DNA of 64,000 bases from Candidatus Poribacteria bacterium (lineage in GTDB: Bacteria > Poribacteria > WGA-4E > PCPOR2b). The first letter of the stretch is position 1, and each line of letters opens with the position of its first letter. A program made the position numbers and the translations under genes. Positions 41,263-51,053 of this stretch are shown here, one piece after another. The stretch covers positions 9,118 through 73,117 of the forward strand of contig JAJEAL010000013.1 in the NCBI GenBank assembly GCA_022822785.1, written 5' to 3'. Under the pieces are notes generated by a model. That model saw only the letters and a list, made by a program, of their open reading frames with translations. It did not search any database and was not told where the DNA came from.

Positions 41263-42441
41263 CTAGCGATCGACCTCTCCCATAACAATATCAATGCTTC
41301 CGATGATTGCGATAATGTCTGCGACCATTAGGCCTCGACTCAACTCTTGCAAGGCACTTAGCGCTGTAAAGCAGGGGGATTTGGCTTTCACACGCACTGG
41401 CTTCGGTGTGCCATCACTTACGATATAAAAGCCGAGTTCTCCACGGGGTGCTTCGCTTCGGTGGAAGATCTCACCCTTAGGGGGACGTACCGCTTTCAGC
41501 TCCGCTTGGATTGGCCCGTCGGGCAAACCGGACTCAAGAATTTGCCGGATGATTCGGACGGACTCTTTCATCTCATCCATTCGGACTTTATAGCGGTTCC
41601 AACAGTCGCCGGAGACCACACCCAGCTCTGGAATATCTCTTCCAACGGGAACATCAAAGTCAAATCGGTCATAGATGGAGTATGTTTCATCTCTGCGCAG
41701 GTCCCATTGTAGTCCGGCGCCACGGAGGTTGGGGCCCGTAATGCCGTAGTTAATCGCCATTGCTGCGTCCATCACAGCAACATTTGCTGTGCGTTCAATG
41801 AAGATGCGGTTAGCGGTGAGTAGCGAGTTGTACACATCGATCTGCGGCTCGAAATAGTCGATAAATTCCTCAACATCATCCATGAAGCCCGGTGGTGTAT
41901 CCCTTGACACGCCACCGACCCGGATATAATTGTAGGTCAATCGTGCACCACAAATCTTTTCAAAAAGCAGAAGAATCTTCTCACGGTCTCTAAAAGCGTA
42001 AAGGAACGGGGTAAACGCACCGATGTCCATGCCGTAGGTGCCAAAGGACAAAAGATGACTCCCAATTCGATTGAGTTCGCCGATGAGGACACGCAGGTAT
42101 TCCCCCCGTTCAGGGACACCGGGAAATTTTCCTCCGTCCCTTGCCATTAACTCCTCAACCGTGAGGCAGAATCCCCAGTTCATATTCATTGCCGCAATAT
42201 AATCCATCCGGTCGGTAAACGGGATAATCTGTTGATAATTCAGGTTCTCGGAATGCTTTTCAAAGCAGCGGTGCAAGTATCCAATATGGGGGATTGCATC
42301 CCGGACGATTTCCCCATCCAGTTTCAGCTCAAGCCGTAACACGCCATGAGTGCTTGGGTGCTGCGGTCCCATGCTGACAACCATCTCATCCGTAAATGGC
42401 TTCAGTTCAATAAATTTGCTTTCCTGTTGTGGTGCTGCCAT
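41263..42441 (-). CDS. nuoD: Complex I subunit D
   Basis: GPQHPSTHGVLRL, GYLHR, RMDY, EAPRGE, IDIVMGEVDR. Confidence 0.96.
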   Translation of the reverse strand: MAAPQQESKFIELKPFTDEMVVSMGPQHPSTHGVLRLELKLDGEIVRDAIPHIGYLHRCFEKHSENLNYQQIIPFTDRMDYIAAMNMNWGFCLTVEELMARDGGKFPGVPERGEYLRVLIGELNRIGSHLLSFGTYGMDIGAFTPFLYAFRDREKILLLFEKICGARLTYNYIRVGGVSRDTPPGFMDDVEEFIDYFEPQIDVYNSLLTANRIFIERTANVAVMDAAMAINYGITGPNLRGAGLQWDLRRDETYSIYDRFDFDVPVGRDIPELGVVSGDCWNRYKVRMDEMKESVRIIRQILESGLPDGPIQAELKAVRPPKGEIFHRSEAPRGELGFYIVSDGTPKPVRVKAKSPCFTALSALQELSRGLMVADIIAIIGSIDIVMGEVDR

Positions 42442-42482
42442 GATGTTATTTCCTTTAACCTAATCAGATTAACTGATAAAAA

Positions 42483-43232
42483 TTAGCTAGCCTCAAAATT
42501 TTCAGCGTCTGGCCATGTTATATAAAGCTGGTGCACAGTCATCTCAGATTGTTGTCCCTGGCCGTATGGAATGCGGTCCAAATCGCAAGCCATGTATTGA
42601 AGATAACAATCCTTATTGAAAAACTGTTCATCAATCAACCCTTCTTTACTCAACGAAACAAAGAGCGCAGCAGCACGTGCCTGACAATTGAGAGAACGTT
42701 GGGGATTAAAAACTATATCCGAAAATCCTTCAAATGGTTCGAGCTCTTCTTTTGCCAGATTCGGTTTCTTTTGCCATAGCGCAGTCAGATATAACCAGTC
42801 ATAGAAAGCCGTTTGGGGGTCAATAGGAAAATCTTCGCCAAAGAAATTAAAAGCGATTAGTTTTCCTGAATTCCGCAACCGCTCATCGGTTTTCGCCGCT
42901 CGACTCGATACTGAATACAGATCTTGATAGGGCCCACCGTTTTCAAACACCTTGCTTCCTTGATAGGCACATTCCACGCTCACCTTCTGTCCATTTGGCG
43001 TTTTTAAAGGGAGATTAAAAGCACTCAATGAAACACCCAAGACTGAAGTAGATTTTCCTGAGATTTCCAAAATTGGAGCAATACCCTTATCTTCAGCGGC
43101 CCTATGTAGGGAAGCGATAGATTTTTGCAGTCGCGATTTTGCAAAACCAGGATACCATCGAAACTCTATATCGACCTCTTTAACATAAGGAAAATCACTG
43201 AAATTAGGGGTAAAAATAGGGCGTTTTGCCAT
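42483..43232 (-). CDS. DarT-associated NADAR-like antitoxin (DUF6977-like)
   Basis: MAKRPIF, W.PGFAKS..QKSI, LEISGKS, SAFNL, VECAYQGSKVFENGGP, TAFYDWLY, FNPQRSLNCQAR; directly downstream of darT. Confidence 0.75.
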   Translation of the reverse strand: MAKRPIFTPNFSDFPYVKEVDIEFRWYPGFAKSRLQKSIASLHRAAEDKGIAPILEISGKSTSVLGVSLSAFNLPLKTPNGQKVSVECAYQGSKVFENGGPYQDLYSVSSRAAKTDERLRNSGKLIAFNFFGEDFPIDPQTAFYDWLYLTALWQKKPNLAKEELEPFEGFSDIVFNPQRSLNCQARAAALFVSLSKEGLIDEQFFNKDCYLQYMACDLDRIPYGQGQQSEMTVHQLYITWPDAENFEAS

Positions 43233-43243
43233 TCTCTCAACTC

Positions 43244-43963
43244 CTAAAAAGGCATATCATCGTCAACCTCAAGTATATCGTCGTTGTTCAAATTAGCAGA
43301 CTGCCATTTTTTGTAATCACATCTATAGCGGAAATATTCTTGATTGGAGCAGTATCGTCGCCCATCAGAAAACGTTGGAGAATTAGAAGACCACCATCGA
43401 TCAAAAGCAATATTATCCCAAAAATGGACTTCGTTGATATACCGATCAGAAATTGCGTTAAACACTAGAACTTCTGCTTGAGGATTTGTGGGATAACCAC
43501 TGGGTATTTTTAAAGATTGACGGTTGATGGTACGGTAATCTTCTACAAAAACGCCGTTTAACGCATCAGGCTTCTTTCTGTCCTCCAATAAAATATGACG
43601 AACAACATTAGATGATGCGTTTTCTTGACAAAACGCACAATCCAACTCCCATAACACCTTTGCATCCAGAAGCAAAACAACCCACTGAGAATGTTCGATA
43701 CGTGTTCTATAGCTATAGAACATTTTGTAGTTTGGAAAACTGATGCTTAGACAAATTGCATCTTTATGGCCGTCAAATCGATCTGGATCATTAAACAAAA
43801 ACTGCTGTCCGCTTGTTTCCAGATAACTACGGCTCAATAAACCCTTTTGCAGAATACTAGATAGATTGTCGATCCGGGTAAAATGGCAAAGCGTTATTAT
43901 ATCTCGCTCAATACAAATCTGTTGTATTTGGCGTTTCCTCTGGCGTCTCCTCTTTGCGTACAT
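43244..43963 (-). CDS. darT: DarT (DUF4433) ssDNA ADP-ribosyltransferase toxin
   Basis: HFTRIDNL.SIL..GLLSR, ND..R.DG...ICLSISFPNYKMF, ENASS, QAEVLV catalytic Glu. Confidence 0.85.
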   Translation of the reverse strand: MYAKRRRQRKRQIQQICIERDIITLCHFTRIDNLSSILQKGLLSRSYLETSGQQFLFNDPDRFDGHKDAICLSISFPNYKMFYSYRTRIEHSQWVVLLLDAKVLWELDCAFCQENASSNVVRHILLEDRKKPDALNGVFVEDYRTINRQSLKIPSGYPTNPQAEVLVFNAISDRYINEVHFWDNIAFDRWWSSNSPTFSDGRRYCSNQEYFRYRCDYKKWQSANLNNDDILEVDDDMPF

Positions 43964-44069
43964 ACAAGCTCCGCCCTATTGCCACTAGAAATCCAAGAGG
44001 ATTAGGAACAACTATCTTCCTGCATAGTGAGGATTTACCTTTTTAATGAAGTCAATAGAATACTCTGGT

Positions 44070-44321
44070 TCATCTTCCCCGTACCCGTCTTCTAAGCCTT
44101 GAACCAATACATATTTCTTTTCGCGCTTCTTGAATTTCTTCATCAGTCGGTTCAAAACCTTCCCATAGACCACCAAGTTTGACTATATTTTTCTCCGCAC
44201 TAGGTTGATATTCGTCCTTTAAAGCTGTCACAAAATCGACAACCGCAGCTAGTTTTTCTTTGGGCAATTCTTTAATCGTATCAATAATCTGTTGTTGATA
44301 CTGCTCTGACAACGCCATCAT
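44070..44321 (-). CDS. DUF2281/VapB-like small antitoxin with an aberrant C-terminus
   Basis: IIDTIKELP.EKL..VVDFV..L, KLGGLWEG...TDEEIQEARKE; GAGGGG RBS; no PIN gene follows. Confidence 0.6.
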   Translation of the reverse strand: MMALSEQYQQQIIDTIKELPKEKLAAVVDFVTALKDEYQPSAEKNIVKLGGLWEGFEPTDEEIQEARKEICIGSRLRRRVRGR

Positions 44322-44341
44322 TCTGCCCCTCGCTACGTAAA

Positions 44342-44827
44342 TCAATAAGGCACCCGCATCCCGCGATAAAACTCAGGCTCTGTATAATCCTTACGCATCG
44401 GGTAACCTTCCCAATCGTCTGGAAGTAGAATGCGTCGCATATCACTGTGACCATCAAAGATAATCCCATATAGATCGTACGTCTCCCGCTCATGCCAGTT
44501 GGCGGTTCTCCAGATATGCTCAACAGTAGGAACATGGGGTTCTTCTTCTTTGGGTAGAACGATCTTTAGGACTAGTTTATGCCGGTGGGTCATTGAGTAG
44601 AGGTGATACACAACATAAAAATTGGAGTCCTTTGCGCCGAGATCGACACCGCTCAAACACATCAAGAAATCAAAAGCCAGCCCTTCATCGTCGGCAAGGT
44701 ATTGGGCAACATCGGCAATTGACTCAGCGGCAACGACAATAAAGGGATCTCCAATGTCTTCTTCAAACGAGGCAATTGACTCTCCAAATTTATCTTTTAG
44801 TTTTTCGCAAATGTCTTGTGGTGTCAC
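44342..44827 (-). CDS. nuoC: Complex I subunit C
   Basis: FDFLMCLSGVD, VVYHLYS, WHERETYDLYGI.F.GH.DMRRILLP..WEGYPMRKDY. Confidence 0.95.
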   Translation of the reverse strand: MTPQDICEKLKDKFGESIASFEEDIGDPFIVVAAESIADVAQYLADDEGLAFDFLMCLSGVDLGAKDSNFYVVYHLYSMTHRHKLVLKIVLPKEEEPHVPTVEHIWRTANWHERETYDLYGIIFDGHSDMRRILLPDDWEGYPMRKDYTEPEFYRGMRVPY

Positions 44828-44997
44828 GGAAAAGCATCAACGCTGTTGAGCAGATGCCAATAGCGTATCATTCCCCTTTCTCAAAAATTCAGCATTTGAA
44901 CGGTTGGTAAGGAATAGCCATTCGATAATTTCGTAGCATAAGCCTTAAATCTGTCGCGGGTGATTAGTGTCTGCAGCCTTCGGTTAGGACTCCAAGT

Positions 44998-45600
44998 TTA
45001 GCCAGCAGCTTCCTCTTGTTCATCGTGTTCCGCCTGTGCTGCTCTGGCTTCAGCCATTGCTTCCTGATTGTTTTCCAAGTCGGTCTTAGTGAAAAGTTTC
45101 TTCAAGAAAGGCACACTCGTCCGTTTTGCAACGGTCTGTGTTTTAATTTTTTCTTGCAGCTTCATCAAGCCTTCGAGTACAGCTTCCGGACGCGGCGGGC
45201 AACCGGGGACATAGACATCAACGGGAATGATTCGGTCTACGCCTTTCAGGACATGATAACCGTGTTGCCAGTAGGGCCCGCCACTTGTCGCGCAGCTGCC
45301 CATGGAGATGACGTATTTTGGTTCGGGCATCTGTTCATAGAGGCGTTTAATCCGCGTCGCCATTTTCAATGTTACAGTTCCCGAAACAATGATCAGATCC
45401 GACTGACGAGGCGTCGCGCGCGGAACTCCGGCACCAAAGCGGTCTAAGTCGTAATTTGAGGCGGCGGTCGCCATAAATTCAATTGCACAGCAAGCAAGTC
45501 CAAAGGTCATGGGCCATAAAGAAGATGCCCGGGCCCAATTGGCAACGGCATCAATAGAAGTTACGATGATATTCTTGTCTAGTTTTTCCTCAATGATCAT
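44998..45600 (-). CDS. nuoB: Complex I subunit B
   Basis: [34 protein letters not shown]. Confidence 0.96.
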   Translation of the reverse strand: MIIEEKLDKNIIVTSIDAVANWARASSLWPMTFGLACCAIEFMATAASNYDLDRFGAGVPRATPRQSDLIIVSGTVTLKMATRIKRLYEQMPEPKYVISMGSCATSGGPYWQHGYHVLKGVDRIIPVDVYVPGCPPRPEAVLEGLMKLQEKIKTQTVAKRTSVPFLKKLFTKTDLENNQEAMAEARAAQAEHDEQEEAAG

Positions 45601-45602
45601 TG

Positions 45603-45989
45603 TTAATTTTCCTCCCTGACAGACTGAATCGAGCGAATCCACTGGAGGTCTCCTTTTACCCAGACATAAGCAAGACCGACCAAGAGTATAAAGATGAAAA
45701 CTAGCATTTCGACAAATGCGAGCAGCCCGATTTCACGGAAAACAACCCCCCACGGAAATAGAAAGACAATTTCGACATCAAAGATTAAAAAGATGAGCGC
45801 AATAATATAGAATCGGGCGTTGAATTTAATGCGCGTATCACCAATTGGGTCCTCTCCGCACTCATAGGGCATATACTTTTCGTCGCTGTAGAGTCGGGTT
45901 TGGAGCAGACGAGAGAGGACAAGGTTCAGCGTGACGAATAAACAGCCAACTACCAAGAAGAGTAACACATTCGCAAAATTAAAGAGCAT
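45603..45989 (-). CDS. nuoA: Complex I subunit A
   Basis: [28 protein letters not shown]. Confidence 0.95.
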   Translation of the reverse strand: MLFNFANVLLFLVVGCLFVTLNLVLSRLLQTRLYSDEKYMPYECGEDPIGDTRIKFNARFYIIALIFLIFDVEIVFLFPWGVVFREIGLLAFVEMLVFIFILLVGLAYVWVKGDLQWIRSIQSVREEN

Positions 45990-46064
45990 CTGTTCCGCAA
46001 GGCAAATCTTCGCAAATTATAGCTTTCGAGATTAACCAAAAATTCGCCTTGTCCTTTCAAGGGT

Positions 46065-46086
46065 GTTTGTGAAATTTCTCACAAAC
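46065..46086. promoter_or_regulatory. Rex-like operator in the nuo leader
   Basis: TTGTGAA-ATTT-CTCACAA (46067-46084), one mismatch from TTGTGAA-N4-TTCACAA. Confidence 0.65.
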
Positions 46087-46161
46087 TAAGGGCTAAAAAA
46101 AGATCTTAATAAACCGTTGAACCATATCAGTTTGATGAGCACATCTACCTGAAGCATATTT

Positions 46162-46190
46162 ATTATATATCAGATCTATATGATTTGCAA
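46162..46190 (-). promoter_or_regulatory. Sigma70-type promoter of the nuo operon
   Basis: Minus strand TTGCAA-17 bp-TATAAT. Confidence 0.7.
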
Positions 46191-46302
46191 CAAAAAACCT
46201 GACAGCCGGATGGCGGCAAAAGCGTTACCTGCTTCCCGTTTAATCCCCCACCAACAGAGGGTTCAAACACAATCGATGAATCAAGCGGGCAATTCTAAAT
46301 TT

Positions 46303-46332
46303 GATTAGGTCACGGAATTCCGTAACCTAATC
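46303..46332. repeat. 30-bp near-perfect palindrome
   Basis: GATTAGGTCACGGAATTCCGTAACCTAATC, one mismatched pair, no loop. Confidence 0.7.
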
Positions 46333-46573
46333 GAGGATTGATATCCCTTCTACTGTGTAGCGGTTTCTAACCTTTCGCATTAGGTTTAAGAGTATTTGCT
46401 ATGACAGTCAAAGCAGAAACATTTTTTATTGATGAGGAATTTTTGTGAAAGCATAGATTTCCTTTTACAGATCGGTTATAATTTATGGAGAGGAGTTAAG
46501 ATATCATAGATGCCTACACCTACAGCAGAGCGGGGATTGCACGCTCCGTCAGAGAGAATTTAACCGTAGGATA

Positions 46574-46727
46574 CAAGACTTTGAACGAGGCAGACCGATG
46601 GAGATTGATGCAGTATTGACGGACGTTCAGGAGCTAGGACGCTTGATCAAGCAAGGTGGAAACCCCAACGCTTGATGTAGTCCTGCCGCTCGTTCAGCAC
46701 AAGGCGCGCCCTGCGGGAGGCTATTGA
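46574..46727 (+). pseudogene. C-terminal fragment of ketopantoate reductase (PanE/ApbA-like)
   Basis: QDFERGRPMEIDAVLTDVQELGRL, frameshift, VETPTLDVVLPLVQHKARPAGGY*. Confidence 0.7.
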
Positions 46728-46798
46728 TACACTCCCAAGGATAAGGACTTGGGATTTACAACTGAGAAGTCAATTTTTAACATTAGGAGAATATACTT

Positions 46799-48427
46799 AT
46801 GAGAGGTGGAGATATTCTTATTGAATGTCTAAAAGCACAAGGGGTACGTGCCGTTTTCGGTATGCCAGGAACACAAAACATACAGATTTATGACTCGCTC
46901 CTTCGTTGCGGAGCAGGCGTTATCGATCACTACCTTGTCCGTCATGAATATGCTTCAACACAGATGGCGGACGGCTACGCACGTTCTACCGGCGAAGTTG
47001 GCGTTGCACTGACGGTTCCAGGTCCCGGTGCAAGTAATGCATCAACGGGAATTGTGGAGGCATTCACAGATTGTGTCCCTGTATTACTAATCACCGGACA
47101 GAGCGATTCTGAATTTTACGCAAGAGATCCGAGCAAGATGTTTCACGGTTTGGATCAGATGAGTTTCTTTGAGTCTGTTACAAAGTATTGCGCGATCGCG
47201 CGGACAGTGGAGGAAATCCCCACAGTTGTCGAAAATGCCTTTCGCGCTATGCGTTCGGGTCGTCCTGGGCCCGTCGTGTTGGAATTCCCAATGGATGTAG
47301 TCACTGGAGAGGGAGAAGTTCTCATCCCAGCGCGTGTTGAACGCCAGCCAGCCGCGCCACCCAATTCTGGTGATCTTCAGGCTGCGGCGGAAGCACTAAG
47401 GAACGCAGAACGGCCGGTCCTGTTTGCAGGTTCAGCTGTCATCCACTCCGGCGCACGGGAAGAATTGCAGCAACTTGCAGAGAAACTTAACGCTCCGGTT
47501 GTTGTGGCACGATGTGCGAAGGGAGCATTGCCTGAAGACCATCCACTCGCATTGCAGATTGTTTACGGCTATCCGGGCTATCAAGCAATGCAGATTGCAG
47601 ATTGTACCCTTGCCATCGGTCCCCGTTTCACATCAATTGACACACGGAGTTGGAACCTCAAACCACCAAGCCCATTAATCCAGATCGATGAGGATGAGAG
47701 AGAAATCGGACGAGAATATCCTTGTGATGTCGGTGTTGTCGGAGATCTTAAATTAGCTTTGCAAGCGTTAATCGAAGAGGTAGATGGGGGCAAAGATTCG
47801 TGGACGCAGCCATTGGCGCGGATTCGCGAGAGATTTGCTGCCCAACCTCCCTTGCCGCTGCTGCCGGAAATACGCGCAGTACTTCCAGATAATGGGATAC
47901 TTTCCGTTGATGTCCATGGCATCGGTTACGCTTCATTCGCTGAGTATCCGGTGTTCAATCCACAAACCTTTCTCTATCCGAACATTGGCGTTGCCCTCGG
48001 ATATGCCTTCCCCGCAGCGCTCGGCGCAAAGGTCGCACATCCAGATAAGCCGGTTGTGTGCTTCAGCGGAGATGGTGGGTTCATGATGGGATCCCCTGAG
48101 TTAGCCACCGCAATGATGTACGGTATCAATGTAGTAACGATTGTTGTGAATGACGGAGCGTTAAGCGCGATTAAAGGCTCCCAGCAAAAAGGATGCAACG
48201 GACGGACTATTGATACTGACTTGAGCAACCCGGATTTTATCCAGTTTGCTAAATCCTTCGGAGCTTACGCTGTTCGGGTCAACGAGCTAGTGGACTTCAA
48301 GGGTGTGCTACAAGACGCCCTTGCTGCGGACCGCCCTGCACTAATAGAAGTATCGATGCAAGATCGGCAGGAAGAGGTCATTGGAATGATCGGCTGGCTG
48401 CAGTCGGATCCGCTGCGAAGAGGTTGA
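46799..48427 (+). CDS. ThDP-binding protein (acetolactate synthase-like)
   Basis: FGMPG, RHE..MADGYAR, GPGASN, GRPGPV, GDGGFMM...NDG ThDP motif. Confidence 0.9.
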   Translation: MRGGDILIECLKAQGVRAVFGMPGTQNIQIYDSLLRCGAGVIDHYLVRHEYASTQMADGYARSTGEVGVALTVPGPGASNASTGIVEAFTDCVPVLLITGQSDSEFYARDPSKMFHGLDQMSFFESVTKYCAIARTVEEIPTVVENAFRAMRSGRPGPVVLEFPMDVVTGEGEVLIPARVERQPAAPPNSGDLQAAAEALRNAERPVLFAGSAVIHSGAREELQQLAEKLNAPVVVARCAKGALPEDHPLALQIVYGYPGYQAMQIADCTLAIGPRFTSIDTRSWNLKPPSPLIQIDEDEREIGREYPCDVGVVGDLKLALQALIEEVDGGKDSWTQPLARIRERFAAQPPLPLLPEIRAVLPDNGILSVDVHGIGYASFAEYPVFNPQTFLYPNIGVALGYAFPAALGAKVAHPDKPVVCFSGDGGFMMGSPELATAMMYGINVVTIVVNDGALSAIKGSQQKGCNGRTIDTDLSNPDFIQFAKSFGAYAVRVNELVDFKGVLQDALAADRPALIEVSMQDRQEEVIGMIGWLQSDPLRRG

Positions 48428-48430
48428 AAC

Positions 48431-49120
48431 ATGATGAACATTCGTGCCTTGTTGTTCGATTTTGGTGGCACACTCGATGGCAATGGCGTCCATTGGCGCG
48501 ATCGAACATACCGGTTCCTTCAGCGCAGGTATCCAGAGATTGAACGGGAGACCTTTGATCGGGTAGATCGTGCGGCAGTTGATCAACTTATCGCTAGTGG
48601 AAACGCTCCCCAGCTCTCACTACGCGAAACAATGGATTTCATTGCCACGGGTATATACAAAGGACTTGATTTGGATTCAGACATAAAAGACCAGTATGTA
48701 GACTGTTTCTGCGACGGGGCAAAGGAATCCCTTGAGCAGAACCGGCGGTGGATCGCTACCCTTCAAGGACGATACCAACTCGGTGTTATCAGCAACAATT
48801 TTGGAAACACACAAGGCTGGTGCGACGAGTACGCCCTCTCACCCTTGCTTGATGTCGTGGTCGATTCAACTATTGTCGGCATATCGAAGCCAGAGGCGGG
48901 AATATTCCACGCGGCGCTGTCGGCGTTAGGTATTTCCCCGGAAGAGGCACTCTACGCTGGGGATACGTACTCGGACGATGTGATTGGTGCAAAGCGCGTG
49001 GGGATGTGGGCAGCTTGGTTGGTCGGTGAAGAAGACAAGGAGTGCCCCGACCCATCAATTGTCGATATTCAACTCAGAGAACTTAAGGAGATTCAGAGAT
49101 TTTTGGAATTGCAGTCGTAA
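48431..49120 (+). CDS. HAD-family hydrolase
   Basis: FDFGGTL, ISN, KPE..IF, GDTYSDDVIGA..VGM. Confidence 0.9.
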   Translation: MMNIRALLFDFGGTLDGNGVHWRDRTYRFLQRRYPEIERETFDRVDRAAVDQLIASGNAPQLSLRETMDFIATGIYKGLDLDSDIKDQYVDCFCDGAKESLEQNRRWIATLQGRYQLGVISNNFGNTQGWCDEYALSPLLDVVVDSTIVGISKPEAGIFHAALSALGISPEEALYAGDTYSDDVIGAKRVGMWAAWLVGEEDKECPDPSIVDIQLRELKEIQRFLELQS

Positions 49121-49259
49121 AAGATTGAATTTTTATTAATATTATGTTAAGAGTTACCCACGACCAGCAGATGCCTAAACCCCGCCCACCCTTCTGCGTC
49201 TACCTATGCACAGAACGAATTTACAGTAACAGATTGGACGGATAGAGGGGTCGAAAAAC

Positions 49260-51005
49260 ATGCACAATGCGGTGGGAAGGTCACTAGTACAGCTGATGCG
49301 AGATTCAAATCTAATCTCTGAAAATGAGCATCAGCAAGTTCTTGAGGAAATTGAGAACACAGGTGTTACTCACACCCAAGCACTCTCAAAGTTTGTGAAC
49401 ACCAAGTCCCTGACGCTCGCTAAACAGGCTCTGGACTACGGCGTATCGTGCGTTTTGCTCGAAGATATTGTTCCAGCGAATGAAGCAACCGATCGGGTAT
49501 CAGCGAGCTTCGCCTACCGGAACAAGATCTTGCCAATTCGCCTAAGCGAAAACACGCTTACCGTGGCGATGGCGGATGCGTTGGATATCACCCTGATTGA
49601 TGAGATGCGACTGGTTACAGAATGCGAGATTGAGCCCGTGCTTGCGGATGAAGGAGATATCGACGCAGCGATTATTCGTGCCTACGGCAAAACTGCCGCC
49701 GCCATCCTCAGCGAAGGGATCAAGGGGCCCGTTGGCGCGGTCGCCACACTTGAACGCGAAACGATTGATGACTTTGGTATCAGCGAACATGACTTAAGCC
49801 AAGATCCAACGGTTATCAACGCTGTAGATCAGATTATCATTGACGCTGTTCGACTGGGTGCCAGTGACATCCATATTGAGCCCTTCCCCGGTGAACTCAA
49901 AATCCGTTATCGGATTGACGGCGTTTTGGAGGATCAACCCAACCCCCCGCCCCATCTCCAGTCAGCAATTACCTCCCGTATCAAGATAATGGCGAACATG
50001 AACGTAGCAGAACGTCGCCGTCCTCTGGATGGAAAAATTGGCGTGACCGTTCAGAGCGTTGGCAACCGTCAGATTGACTTGCGTGTTTCGACTGTTCCTA
50101 CGGTGCACGGTGAAAGTGTCGTTCTCCGAATTCTTGATAGGCAATCAATCTCATTCGGTTTAGAGCAACTCGGTTTGTTAGAGGACAATCTAGATCAGTT
50201 TTACCGAATGATTCAGAAACCGCACGGCATTATCTTAGCAACGGGACCAACAGGCAGTGGTAAGACAACAACACTATACGCTTGTTTGAAAGAGATTAAT
50301 ACCCCAGAGGTCAAAATTATCACGATAGAGGATCCGGTTGAGTATGAATTGGAAGGGATAAACCAGATCCAGGTGAATCCGGAGATAAATGTGACCTTTG
50401 CAGCGGGGTTGAGACATATCCTACGTCAAGACCCAGATAAAGTATTAGTTGGTGAAATTCGAGACTATGAAACAGCAGAGATGGGGATCCACACCTCTTT
50501 GACGGGACACCTCGTCTTCAGTTCACTCCATACCAATGATGCAGCGAGTGCGGTCACTCGGTTGGTGGATATGGGGGTAGAACCGTATTTGGTTGCCTCA
50601 ACGTTGGAGGGCATTATCGCTCAGCGGCTTGCGCGTCGGGTGTGTGCACACTGCTATGAGATGTACACGCCGGAACCGGAGCGCGTCCAAGACCTACTTG
50701 GCAGCCAAACTGGAGTGATTACTGATGATCTGCTTATCCCGCGTGCGGTCGGTTGCAAAGAGTGTCGGAACCGTGGATACAAGGGGCGGATCGGTCTCTT
50801 TGAGGTCATCCTGATGAGCGAGGAATTACGTGAGATGACCATCCAAAGTGCCTCCGCTAACCAACTAAAACGGACCGCGATGCGGCTAGGGATGAAAACA
50901 TTGCGAGAGGATGGCTGGAGAAAAGTGGTTGCTGGTTATACAACGATTGAGGAAGTTGTACGGCTGACACAAGAGGATGAGTTTGACATCGGCGAAGTAG
51001 TATGA
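49260..51005 (+). CDS. gspE: Type II secretion ATPase GspE/PilB family
   Basis: ASDIHIEP, GPTGSGKTTTLY, EDPVEY, LRQDPD..VGEIRD, TGHLVFSSLHTN, tetracysteine motif. Confidence 0.93.
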   Translation: MHNAVGRSLVQLMRDSNLISENEHQQVLEEIENTGVTHTQALSKFVNTKSLTLAKQALDYGVSCVLLEDIVPANEATDRVSASFAYRNKILPIRLSENTLTVAMADALDITLIDEMRLVTECEIEPVLADEGDIDAAIIRAYGKTAAAILSEGIKGPVGAVATLERETIDDFGISEHDLSQDPTVINAVDQIIIDAVRLGASDIHIEPFPGELKIRYRIDGVLEDQPNPPPHLQSAITSRIKIMANMNVAERRRPLDGKIGVTVQSVGNRQIDLRVSTVPTVHGESVVLRILDRQSISFGLEQLGLLEDNLDQFYRMIQKPHGIILATGPTGSGKTTTLYACLKEINTPEVKIITIEDPVEYELEGINQIQVNPEINVTFAAGLRHILRQDPDKVLVGEIRDYETAEMGIHTSLTGHLVFSSLHTNDAASAVTRLVDMGVEPYLVASTLEGIIAQRLARRVCAHCYEMYTPEPERVQDLLGSQTGVITDDLLIPRAVGCKECRNRGYKGRIGLFEVILMSEELREMTIQSASANQLKRTAMRLGMKTLREDGWRKVVAGYTTIEEVVRLTQEDEFDIGEVV

Positions 51006-51053
51006 GATGTGAAGTGTGATGCGTAAATTACGTATGACCAGAGAAAGATACTG

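Noticed and set aside
42456-42465. TAACCTAATC shared with the 46303 palindrome arm as a possible insertion-site marker
   Set aside because: A single 10-mer match is expected by chance in 64 kb, and it does not flank the insert as a duplication
49260-51005. Type IV pilus (PilB) assignment
   Set aside because: GspG-type major pilin, a GspK-like gene and no pilT favour a T2SS
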